A program made the position numbers and the translations under genes. This document shows positions 28,695-36,736 of a stretch of 64,000 nucleotides of DNA, one piece after another. The first letter of the stretch is position 1, and each line of letters starts with the position of its first letter. Under the pieces are notes generated by a model. It did not search any database. It was not told the DNA's origin and was given only the letters and a program-made list of their open reading frames with translations. Source of the DNA: an uncultured Acidobacteriota bacterium (lineage in GTDB: Bacteria > Acidobacteriota > Vicinamibacteria > Vicinamibacterales > CAVVIG01); the NCBI GenBank assembly GCA_963757655.1, contig CAVWSQ010000006.1, forward strand, positions 293,356 to 357,355. Direction: 5' to 3'.

Positions 28695-30530
28695 CTACTT
28701 CGCTCCCAGCCAGGAATCGCGGAAGGCGCGCTGCGCGGCGGTGACCGCGGCTCCCTCGACCGGTACCACTTCGGTGTGCGGGTCCTCGGCCAGGGTCACG
28801 CTCGCCGTTTTCGCAGCGCCGCGGCGATCGACGAAAACGACAGCGACCGTGTCACCCGGTTTGTGCCGCTGCATCACCGCGGCGATGTCGTCCGCGCCGG
28901 CGATCCGCTGACCGTCCACCTGCCGCAGCTCATCGTCTTGGTCGAGGCCCGTGGCGTAAATCGGCCAGGTGGGAGGGACCAGCGCCGCCACCCGCAAGCC
29001 GTCCCGCGATTCGAGGCGCAGGTCGCCCAGCCACGCCCGGCCGGGGTGACGCTTGCGCACGGCGAAGCCGGCCCGCGACAGCAGCCGCGGATAGTCGGCG
29101 ACGTCATGGCCCTGAATGTAGCGGGCGAAGAAGTCGCGCGCGAAGGCAGGGTCGCCGCTGACCGAAGCCAGCGTCGCTTCGGCATCGCCAATGGCATAGG
29201 GATGATCGACGTAACCTTCGCGGCTGCCGCCCGGCTTGCCGTACCTCTTCCACATCGCCCGCATGAAATCGTCGAGCGACAGCCGGCCATCACTGCGTTC
29301 GCGCAAGGTCAGGTCGAGCGCCAGCGCGATCGCGCCGCCGTAGGGATAGTAGGAGATGACCGTCGTCGACCAGTTGGTGCGATCGACGGTGCGGCCGCCG
29401 TCGGTGAACGGCGCCATGCGACTCATCTCTTCGGCCGAGCGCACGAGATGACCGGGCCCCTGCGACACGCTCTCGATCAGGCGCCCGAATGTCAGGGCGG
29501 TCGACGACAGATCCACGAGCTGTGCGCGCTGCATCGCCAGCGGCCCGTAGTACTGGGTGAAGCCCTCGGCGAGCCAGAGCTCACCCGACAGGTTGGCGCG
29601 ATCGAAATCGAACGGCTCGAGACCCCGCGGACGGATCCGTTCGACATTCCAGCCGTGGAAGAACTCGTGCGCGACCGTATCGAGCAGATCGCCGCGCGAC
29701 GCGGCGATCGAGCCGGCGGCCGTGATCACCGTGCTGTTGCGATGTTCCATGCCGTCGCCGTTGGCGTAGGGCAGGTAGTCGGCGAGGAACGTGTAGTAGC
29801 CCGGCTCGTAGTCCGGGTACTCGCCGAAGATGGCGCCTTCCTGCCGGACGATCTTCTCGACGTCCTTCACGTAGTCATCGAGCTCGGCGGCGGTTCCGGT
29901 GTGGTGCAGCGAGAAACGGAACGTGCGCGCGCCGACCGTGAACTGGCGCAGATTCACGGGACCGAACTGCGAGGGGCTGTCCATGAGGTACTGCAGGTTG
30001 GGGGCGGTGAACTCGAGCGGCGACGCTCCCGGATGCAGCTGAGTCGCCACCTGCCAGCGCATGCCGGCCGGCTCTTCGAAGGCAATGGTGACCGGCCGAT
30101 CGTCCAGACCACGGGCCCACATGATCGCCGCCGGCATGTTGATATGCGCATGCGTCGTGTCGACGGCGAGGTAGGTGCCGTCGACACGATCGCCGAACAC
30201 CTTGTACTTCACCGTCACGCCGCCGCCGTGCCCGGCGACATTCCATCCGTACGGATCGGGCCGCGCTGTCGCGAGCTCACGGCCGTCGGCCCCGAAGGCG
30301 TGCACGTCGTAGACGTTCTTCGCGAAATCGTGCAGCGAATAGCGGCCCGGAGAGGAGCGGCTCATGCGCAGCTCCAGCGTGCCGGTGCCGAGGTCGGTGA
30401 AGGAGGCTTCGACCTGCATCCACCGGTGCTGCGGCTCTGGAAAGGTCAGTCGATAGCGGATCGGCGCCGCCGCGTGAAAGGACAGCGTGGACGAGACGAG
30501 AAAGGCGGCGACGAGAAAGCGACGCATCAC
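28695..30530 (-). CDS. M61 glycyl aminopeptidase family metallopeptidase with PDZ domain
   Basis: GMEHRNS, AHEFFHGWNVERIRP, LWLAEGFTQYY, ISYY. Confidence 0.92.
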   Translation of the reverse strand: MMRRFLVAAFLVSSTLSFHAAAPIRYRLTFPEPQHRWMQVEASFTDLGTGTLELRMSRSSPGRYSLHDFAKNVYDVHAFGADGRELATARPDPYGWNVAGHGGGVTVKYKVFGDRVDGTYLAVDTTHAHINMPAAIMWARGLDDRPVTIAFEEPAGMRWQVATQLHPGASPLEFTAPNLQYLMDSPSQFGPVNLRQFTVGARTFRFSLHHTGTAAELDDYVKDVEKIVRQEGAIFGEYPDYEPGYYTFLADYLPYANGDGMEHRNSTVITAAGSIAASRGDLLDTVAHEFFHGWNVERIRPRGLEPFDFDRANLSGELWLAEGFTQYYGPLAMQRAQLVDLSSTALTFGRLIESVSQGPGHLVRSAEEMSRMAPFTDGGRTVDRTNWSTTVISYYPYGGAIALALDLTLRERSDGRLSLDDFMRAMWKRYGKPGGSREGYVDHPYAIGDAEATLASVSGDPAFARDFFARYIQGHDVADYPRLLSRAGFAVRKRHPGRAWLGDLRLESRDGLRVAALVPPTWPIYATGLDQDDELRQVDGQRIAGADDIAAVMQRHKPGDTVAVVFVDRRGAAKTASVTLAEDPHTEVVPVEGAAVTAAQRAFRDSWLGAK

Positions 30531-30557
30531 GAGGCGATGCTAGCACGCAGCCAGAAT

Positions 30558-31118
30558 TTAGTTTTGAAAACCGGCGGCGAGGATGCGCTCGAGATGCGGC
30601 CAGATGACGTCGGCGATCGCGCGGGCGCCTTCGGCGTTGGGATGCGCATGATCGGCCTGCATCAGCCGCGGGTTGCCGACGATCCCGAGCAGGATGAACG
30701 GGACGAGCGGCACCTGATACTTCGCGGCGAGATCGATGTACGCACCATGGAATGCCGCGGTATACGCCCAGCCATGAATCGGCAGCGCCTCCATGCCGCA
30801 GAGCAGCACGGTGATTCCCCGCTTCTGACCGGCCTCGATGATGTGGCCCAGATTCGCGGCGAGCTGGGCCACCGGCACGCCGCGAAGGCCGTCGTTGGCG
30901 CCGAGCGCGACGAGGAGCACACGGGCGTCGCCCTCGAGCGCGCGGTCGAGCCTGGCGCGCGCGTCGGCCGAGGTCGATCGCGACACTCCAGCGTTGACGA
31001 CTTCATAGGGAAAGCCGGCGCGGCGGACTCGCTGGTGCAGCAGCGCGGGAAACGCCGCGGCGGATCCGATGCCGTGACCCGATGTGAGGCTGTCACCCAG
31101 ACAGACGATTCGGCGCAT
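30558..31118 (-). CDS. GDSL/SGNH arylesterase (TesA-like)
   Basis: LGDSLT, NAGVS, LGANDGLRG, DHAHPN. Confidence 0.9.
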   Translation of the reverse strand: MRRIVCLGDSLTSGHGIGSAAAFPALLHQRVRRAGFPYEVVNAGVSRSTSADARARLDRALEGDARVLLVALGANDGLRGVPVAQLAANLGHIIEAGQKRGITVLLCGMEALPIHGWAYTAAFHGAYIDLAAKYQVPLVPFILLGIVGNPRLMQADHAHPNAEGARAIADVIWPHLERILAAGFQN

Positions 31119-31151
31119 TCTTCAATGGTAGCTGGCGGCCCACTCGCGTAG

Positions 31152-31855
31152 TCGGCGAAACGCCCCGGCACGCCGCAAATCGTCTGGGCGCCCGAGCGGG
31201 CGCCCGTTCGCGGCCACCCGTGAGCGGCGCCGCTCGGACAAAGCGCACGGCTGTGGCGCCATGCGACCGTTTACGTCGCACCGCAGCAGTGTCCGCCTTT
31301 CTTGTCCCGCCAAAATCCGCCGCGGCGAAGGTGGAAGCCGGACCAACGGCGTGACGTGATCCGAGCGCCGAGGCGGGGCCTGTCCGCGAACAGCCCGCTC
31401 CGATGCTCGGCGAACGCCCCCGCACCTCCGCTAAATCGCCTTCGCGTCGGAGCGGGCGCCCGTTCGCGGCCACCCGTGAGCGGCGCCGCTCGGACAAAGC
31501 GCACGGCCATGCGACCGTTTACGTCGCACCGCAGTAGTGTCCGGCTTTCTTGTCACGCCAAAATCCGCCGCGGCCAAGGCGGAAGCCGGACCAACGGCGT
31601 GACGTGATCCGAGCGCCGAGGCGGGGCCTGTCCGCGAACAGCCCGCTCCGATGCTCGGCGAAACGCCCCCGCACCTCCGCTAAGTCGCCTGCGCGTCGGA
31701 GCGGGCGCCCGTTCGCGGCCACCCGCGAGCGGCGCCGCTCGGACAAGGCGCACGGCTGTGGCGCCATGCGACCGTTTACGTCGCCACCGCGGTAGTGTCC
31801 GGCTTCTTGTCCCGACAAAGCCGCCGCGGCCAAGGTGGAAGCCGGACCAATGGCA
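31152..31855. repeat. ~250-bp tandem repeat (~2.8 copies), palindrome-rich, each unit carrying an interrupted REP
   Basis: GAGCGGGCGCCCGTTCGCGGCCACCCG recurs at 31194, 31450 and 31699. Confidence 0.92.
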
Positions 31856-32163
31856 TGACTGATCGCATTCCAGCCTCACGTCGGCAACGCGTGCCCGGAA
31901 CATCGCCCTTCCTGGCGTGCGTCGCCTGGGCCTCGGACGCATCCGCTACGATCTCTACTATCGCCTCGTCGAAACGCCAAGGCGGCTGGAGATACTTGCG
32001 TCATGTCACACCGGCCGCGAAGGCCGACCTCCAATCTGACGAATCGCCGAATCCCGAGATAGGACGTGCGGCGGCCGAATGAACGTCGCGGCTGCGCGAA
32101 GCGCGGCGATCGGAACGACGCACGCGGTTGATGCGTCATGAGGGCGATTGTATAGTGGGCCTC

Positions 32164-32652
32164 GTGACACGCGCGGCGGCTGTTCCGATCCTGCTGATTC
32201 TGCTCGCCGCGCCACCGGTCAGGGCGCAGGAAGCCGTCTACATCGTCCGCCATGCCGAGCGGGTCGACCAGTCGCCTGACTCGGCGCTCTCGACGGACGG
32301 AATCGGCCGATCGTACAAGCTGCGCGATGTGCTGCGCGATGCTGGAATCACCCGGATCTTTACCTCGGAGTTGCGGCGAACGATCGAAACTGCGGCGCCA
32401 CTCGCCGCCGCGATCAAGGTCACGCCGCTACCAGTGCCGGCCGCCGACGCAGCCGACTTGGCGGCAAAGGTGGGCGCCTCCGGCGCTCACGATCGCGTCC
32501 TGGTGGTTGGCCACTCGAACACGATCCCGTCGCTGCTGCAGGCACTCCACGTCGACGCGACGATCCGAATCGGCGACGACGACTACGACAACCTGTTCAT
32601 CGTCGTTCCCCAGAAAGATGGCGCGCCTGTGCTGCTGCTGCTGAAGTACTGA
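32164..32652 (+). CDS. Histidine phosphatase (phosphoglycerate mutase superfamily), secreted
   Basis: IVRHAE, RTIETA, VVGHSNT; signal peptide. Confidence 0.87.
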   Translation: MTRAAAVPILLILLAAPPVRAQEAVYIVRHAERVDQSPDSALSTDGIGRSYKLRDVLRDAGITRIFTSELRRTIETAAPLAAAIKVTPLPVPAADAADLAAKVGASGAHDRVLVVGHSNTIPSLLQALHVDATIRIGDDDYDNLFIVVPQKDGAPVLLLLKY

Positions 32653-34007
32653 TGGCGCGCGAACGCCTGCACGGCAGCCTCAGCAGCGTCGAGTACTTCA
32701 CGTTCGGCTTCGGCACGATGATCGGCGTCGGCTGGCTCGTGCTGATGGACGACTGGCTGATGCGCGGTGGACCCGCCGGCGGTGTCCTCGGTTTTCTGCT
32801 CGGCGGCATGCTGCTGTTTCCAATCGCGCACACCTATGGCAGGCTGGTGCAGCGCATTCAGGATGCGGGCGCCGAGATCGCCTACACCGAGGGCGTGATG
32901 GCGCCGCCAATCAGCTTCGCCGCCGGCTGGACCATGGTGCTGTCGTACGCGATCGTGTGTCCCTGGGAAGCGGTCGCCACCGGCAACCTGCTGGCGCGCG
33001 TCTTTCCCGGGCTGAACAGCCACCAGTTGTACGCCATCGGCGGCAGTCCGATCTACGCGCCGCGCCTGGCGGTCGGCCTGGCGCTGACCGCGCTGGTCAC
33101 CGGCGTCAACTACCGCGGCATCAAACCGAGTGGCATCTTCCAGAATGTGATGACGTTCGGGTTGATCGCGACCTTCGCGATCTTCACGCTGCTTGGCTTC
33201 GCCAAAGGGTCGCCGTCGAACCTGCAGCCGCTGTTTGCGGTCGGACAGTCGCCGTGGCTGTCGGTCTTCCTCGTCCTTCAGATCGTGCCCTACTTCATGA
33301 CCGGGTTCGAATCGGTGGCAAAGGGATCGGAAGAAGCCAGGGCCGGATTCGATCCACGCAACTTCACGCGCGCGATCTACGCTGCCCTGATCGCCGGGTT
33401 CGTGTTCTATGTCCTGATCATCGCGGTCGTGACCTTCGTCTACCCGTGGCAAGAGATCGTGGCGGGCCACGTCCGCACCGAAGTCGCCTTCGAGCGCACG
33501 TTCGGCTCGCATCGGATCGCACAGCTGATTCTGTTCGGCGCCTTCCTGTCGCTGCTGAAGATCTTCAACGGCAACTTCGTCGCCTCGACGCGCATGCTCT
33601 ACGCGATGGGCCGGCGCAACCTCGTGCATCCGGCGCTCGGACGGGTGCATGCGGTCCACGGCACGCCGGTGGTGGCGATTGCCCTGATGGCGGTGCTGAC
33701 GGCGGCCGCGGCGATGTTCGGCGACGCCATCCTCGTACCGGTGACCGAGGTCGGCTCGCTCGCGGTCGGGATTGGCTGGCTGTCGGCGTGCGTGGCCTAC
33801 CTCCTCCGCCGCAGCCGGGAGCGGCGGCAGGACGAGTCGCCGATCATGGCCTGCCTTGGCGCGGCGGTCAGCGTCGCGATTGTGCTGATGAAGGTCGTGC
33901 CCTCAGTTCCGGGCAGCTTCACGCAGCCTGAATGGATCGCGTTCGCGGCGTGGTCGGTCATGGGGTTGGTGTTCTGGTTGGCTCGCCCCAGGCTGGCGGT
34001 CACTTGA
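32652..34007 (+). CDS. APC-family amino acid permease
   Basis: FGTMIGVGW, GFES, about 12 TM segments, TRMLYAMGR. Confidence 0.9.
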   Translation: MARERLHGSLSSVEYFTFGFGTMIGVGWLVLMDDWLMRGGPAGGVLGFLLGGMLLFPIAHTYGRLVQRIQDAGAEIAYTEGVMAPPISFAAGWTMVLSYAIVCPWEAVATGNLLARVFPGLNSHQLYAIGGSPIYAPRLAVGLALTALVTGVNYRGIKPSGIFQNVMTFGLIATFAIFTLLGFAKGSPSNLQPLFAVGQSPWLSVFLVLQIVPYFMTGFESVAKGSEEARAGFDPRNFTRAIYAALIAGFVFYVLIIAVVTFVYPWQEIVAGHVRTEVAFERTFGSHRIAQLILFGAFLSLLKIFNGNFVASTRMLYAMGRRNLVHPALGRVHAVHGTPVVAIALMAVLTAAAAMFGDAILVPVTEVGSLAVGIGWLSACVAYLLRRSRERRQDESPIMACLGAAVSVAIVLMKVVPSVPGSFTQPEWIAFAAWSVMGLVFWLARPRLAVT

Positions 34008-34023
34008 CAAGTGCGAAATCTAC

Positions 34024-34268
34024 AATTGACAAAGCGAGCGAGGTCGGTAGCAACTGCGACGATTGACGCTCGTCTGCGTCGAGCGTTGTCAGCTTGGACA
34101 AGCTAGCAACAGCGCAAGGCTGGCGACGGAAGCGGGCGAACTCGCTGCCATCGTCGGCGCGATCGTCAGAAATGCGAGACGCAATCTTGCTTTTGGAACT
34201 CGACCGGAACTCGCTTCAGAACGTGCTCGGTTAACTTGCGTCGGAACTTGCTTTGGAGCTTGTCAATT
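34024..34268 (+). pseudogene. Remnant of a four-helix-bundle (23S IVP-like) gene bounded by 9-bp inverted repeats
   Basis: Fragments SEVGSN (one frame, then stop) and EAGELAAIVGAIVRNARRN (another frame); AATTGACAA at 34024-32 and TTGTCAATT at 34260-68. Confidence 0.5.
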
Positions 34269-34930
34269 CAGCCTTGTAAATTGCCCACCGCCTGCTGGAT
34301 GAATTGATCCTGGGGAATGCCTCCGAGGATCTCGATCTGATCGTTGATCACCGTCTTCGGGACGCCGGTGACGCGGTACTTCCTGGCCAGATCCGGAAAC
34401 TCCGTCGCTTCCACCGCGTAGGCGGTGATGTGCTCGTTGGCGAACGCCATTTCATGCGCGAGGCTGACCGCCCGCGGACAATGCGGTCAAGTCGGTGTCG
34501 AAAACACGTGGATCGTCATCGGCGCTGTGACCGCCACCACACTGGCACGATTTTCCGGTGTCAGCTGGGAGTCGTGGCCGCCGACCAGCAGCACCGCCTG
34601 GACCAGCGAGACGAACTCGTAGCCGGCTGGCGCACCGAGAAACCGGATCCGTGTGTCCCGCGTCTGGCCGTCCGCGCCCTCACTGAGCAGCGCGACGGCC
34701 GGGACGCGATCGATTCCGTACTGCGCGGCCTTGTCTTTCTCGAGAATGAAGTTCACTTCCTCGATCGCGATCTTGTCGGACAGCGCCGGCAGCTCATCGA
34801 GGATCTGCCGCGTCGGAAGGCATTGTTCGCAGTCGAGCGTCTGGGTAAAGAACAGGACGCGGACGCGGCTGGTCATCTCATCGAACGATTCGCGCAGTTT
34901 CTCCTGGTCGGTAGGGGCGAGAAGGGACAT
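34268..34930 (-). CDS. Protein-disulfide oxidoreductase (two thioredoxin folds, AhpF-NTD/PDO-like), predicted selenoprotein with Sec at TGA 34487-34489
   Basis: ORFs 34487..34930 and 34268..34450 are in one frame; CEQC in domain 1; FSTPT-U-PHCPRAV in domain 2; GVPKTVIND cis-Pro motif. Confidence 0.88.
34457..34476 (-). promoter_or_regulatory. Bacterial SECIS-like hairpin
   Basis: mRNA CGCG-GGC-[GGUCA]-GCC-U-CGCG starting 10 nt after UGA; loop begins with G about 17 nt from UGA; bulged U. Confidence 0.7.
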
Positions 34931-35007
34931 TACAGGGATTATGACAGGGTCGGGGGTCAGCGGTCAGTGGTTAGGGCTTCGGACTCAGGGCTTACCAGCC
35001 CCAGCCC

Positions 35008-35490
35008 CTATTTGAACAGATCGTCGAACGCGCGGCGGGCGCTGCTGGTCGAGCCGGCGGGTGAGGTGCCGGCGTCACGGCTCTGCGTCGTGGTGGTCTG
35101 CCGTTCGATCGTCGTGCGCGGTGAAAACAGCGCACAGGGGTTGCGCTGATCCTTGGGTGACACCCGCGCCGGCAGCTTGTCGCTCTGCGTGCACTCCCAC
35201 CGCGCGCTGGTGTCGAACGAGACGCACTGGACGCAGCTGTGTAGACCGACGCCGCATTTGGCACAGCGACTGTCGTCACCGATCGGCAGCGAGAGCAGAT
35301 GGCCACAGCGTGCGCACCGGCAGACTTCGTGCGCCGCCATCAGGTTGGGCGTCTTCGGACCGGCCGCGTCCTGCAGCTGCCGCCCGGGCGCGCGATCCTG
35401 CTTGGGCGGGCGCGGCCCCTGGGGGCCCTTCGGCCCTCGGGGCTTGTTCTCGTCCTGGTAGCCGCGTTGGCGGTATTTTCGATCGCTCAT
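35008..35490 (-). CDS. Hypothetical Cys-rich (zinc-finger-like) protein
   Basis: MSDRKYRQRGYQD; CARC, CAKC, CVQC plus further Cys; ends AFDDLFK. Confidence 0.78.
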   Translation of the reverse strand: MSDRKYRQRGYQDENKPRGPKGPQGPRPPKQDRAPGRQLQDAAGPKTPNLMAAHEVCRCARCGHLLSLPIGDDSRCAKCGVGLHSCVQCVSFDTSARWECTQSDKLPARVSPKDQRNPCALFSPRTTIERQTTTTQSRDAGTSPAGSTSSARRAFDDLFK

Positions 35491-35517
35491 TGTGCTTTCG
35501 TCGCCGCCGTCCTCTTC

Positions 35518-35586
35518 GTAGGGCACGGCCTTTAGGCCGTGCGGCCGTTCCTCTTCGTAGGGCACGGCCTTAAGGCCGTGCCCTAC
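35518..35586. repeat. Two GTAG-type REP palindromes
   Basis: GTAGGGCACGGCCTTTAGGCCGTGC and a perfect 30-bp palindrome GTAGGGCACGGCCTTAAGGCCGTGCCCTAC. Confidence 0.88.
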
Positions 35587-35607
35587 GGCGACCATTTGTG
35601 AGTGCGA

Positions 35608-36702
35608 CTATTGTGACATCGCAGGCGCGAGCTCTCTGATGAACTGGTCGAGATACTTCCCCCAGATGGCCGGCAGCGAGTGCGTGCCGTGCCCGCGAGT
35701 CTGCGCCGTCGTCGGCAGCAGCACGTAGCGTCCATGCTTCACGCGCGGCATCAGCTTTTCCATGATCCCCAGCTCCGGCGGGTTCACCACATCGTCGGCC
35801 GAATTGATGGCGAGCAGATGCGCGGTGATCTTCTCCAAGTTTGGCGACGGATCATAATCGCGCGACGAGTTGAACTGATACAGCATGTCGTTGGCGTCAT
35901 TGGCCGCGAGACGCGTCTTCAGCTGGGACTCGTACCAGGTGTCCGCCGCGTCGCGCGTCGGGCCCGATTTGTGCCAGCCGATCGGGCTGCTGGTCATCAT
36001 CATCAGCAGGTTGACGGCGCCGACCATGCCGGCGTGTGGCTGCTCCGTGTACTCGCCGCTCATGTAGGCCGGATCCCGCGTGATGCTGTCCATGATCATC
36101 GTGCGCATGATGCGGTTGCGTCCGGCGATCTGCGTCGGCGCGCTGGCCAGCGGCACCAGGCCGTCGACGAACTCGGGATAGGTCTCACCCCAGATCCAGC
36201 AATGCATCGCACCCATCGAGGTGCCGAGGACGAGGCGGAGGTGATTCACTTTCAGACCCTCGATCAGCATCGCGTGCTGCGCCCGGACCATGTCGTCGTA
36301 CGTGTATTTCGGAAAACGAGCGTGCAACCCGTCGCTCGGCTTGCTCGACTTTCCGTGACCGATGCCGTCGGGGAGGATGATGAAGTAACGCGTCGCGTCG
36401 AGAATCTGCCCGGCGGCGAACAGCTGTCCGCCGAAGGTCTGCGACAGGAACGAGGAGCCGCTGCCGCCGGTACCGTGCAGGATCATCACCGCGTTGCGGA
36501 CGACGCCAGAACCGTCGCGCTGCGGCGTGCCGATGGTCCGGTAGTGCAGGCGCAACGACGGCAGCGTTTCGCCCGATGCGAATGTGAAATCGCGGACGAC
36601 ATAGTCGCCCTCGACCGCCGCGGGGAACTCGGCCGCGCGAACCGCCGGCACCGCGGCGAGGATGACCAGGACGAGGACGACCGACCGCTGAAAAACCTTC
36701 AT
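35608..36702 (-). CDS. Secreted alpha/beta hydrolase (homoserine O-acetyltransferase-like fold)
   Basis: LHGTGGSG, GTSMGAM nucleophile elbow, NSADD, GHGTH; signal peptide. Confidence 0.85.
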   Translation of the reverse strand: MKVFQRSVVLVLVILAAVPAVRAAEFPAAVEGDYVVRDFTFASGETLPSLRLHYRTIGTPQRDGSGVVRNAVMILHGTGGSGSSFLSQTFGGQLFAAGQILDATRYFIILPDGIGHGKSSKPSDGLHARFPKYTYDDMVRAQHAMLIEGLKVNHLRLVLGTSMGAMHCWIWGETYPEFVDGLVPLASAPTQIAGRNRIMRTMIMDSITRDPAYMSGEYTEQPHAGMVGAVNLLMMMTSSPIGWHKSGPTRDAADTWYESQLKTRLAANDANDMLYQFNSSRDYDPSPNLEKITAHLLAINSADDVVNPPELGIMEKLMPRVKHGRYVLLPTTAQTRGHGTHSLPAIWGKYLDQFIRELAPAMSQ

Positions 36703-36736
36703 TCGGACGCTCCTTGATTCGGTTCTAATATCTCAC

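Noticed and set aside
31152-31855. ORFs or a CRISPR array within the ~250-bp repeats
   Set aside because: Periods of 256 and 249 nt do not keep one frame, the translations are low-complexity, and the inter-palindrome sequences are repeated rather than unique.
31876-32140. Possible small gene between the repeat array and the phosphatase
   Set aside because: No recognisable motif or start signal in any frame, so a CDS cannot be supported.
35491-35595. N-terminal extension with HGLKAVPYEE repeats on the Cys-rich protein
   Set aside because: Translation of two REP palindromes; ATG 35490 is the more plausible start.
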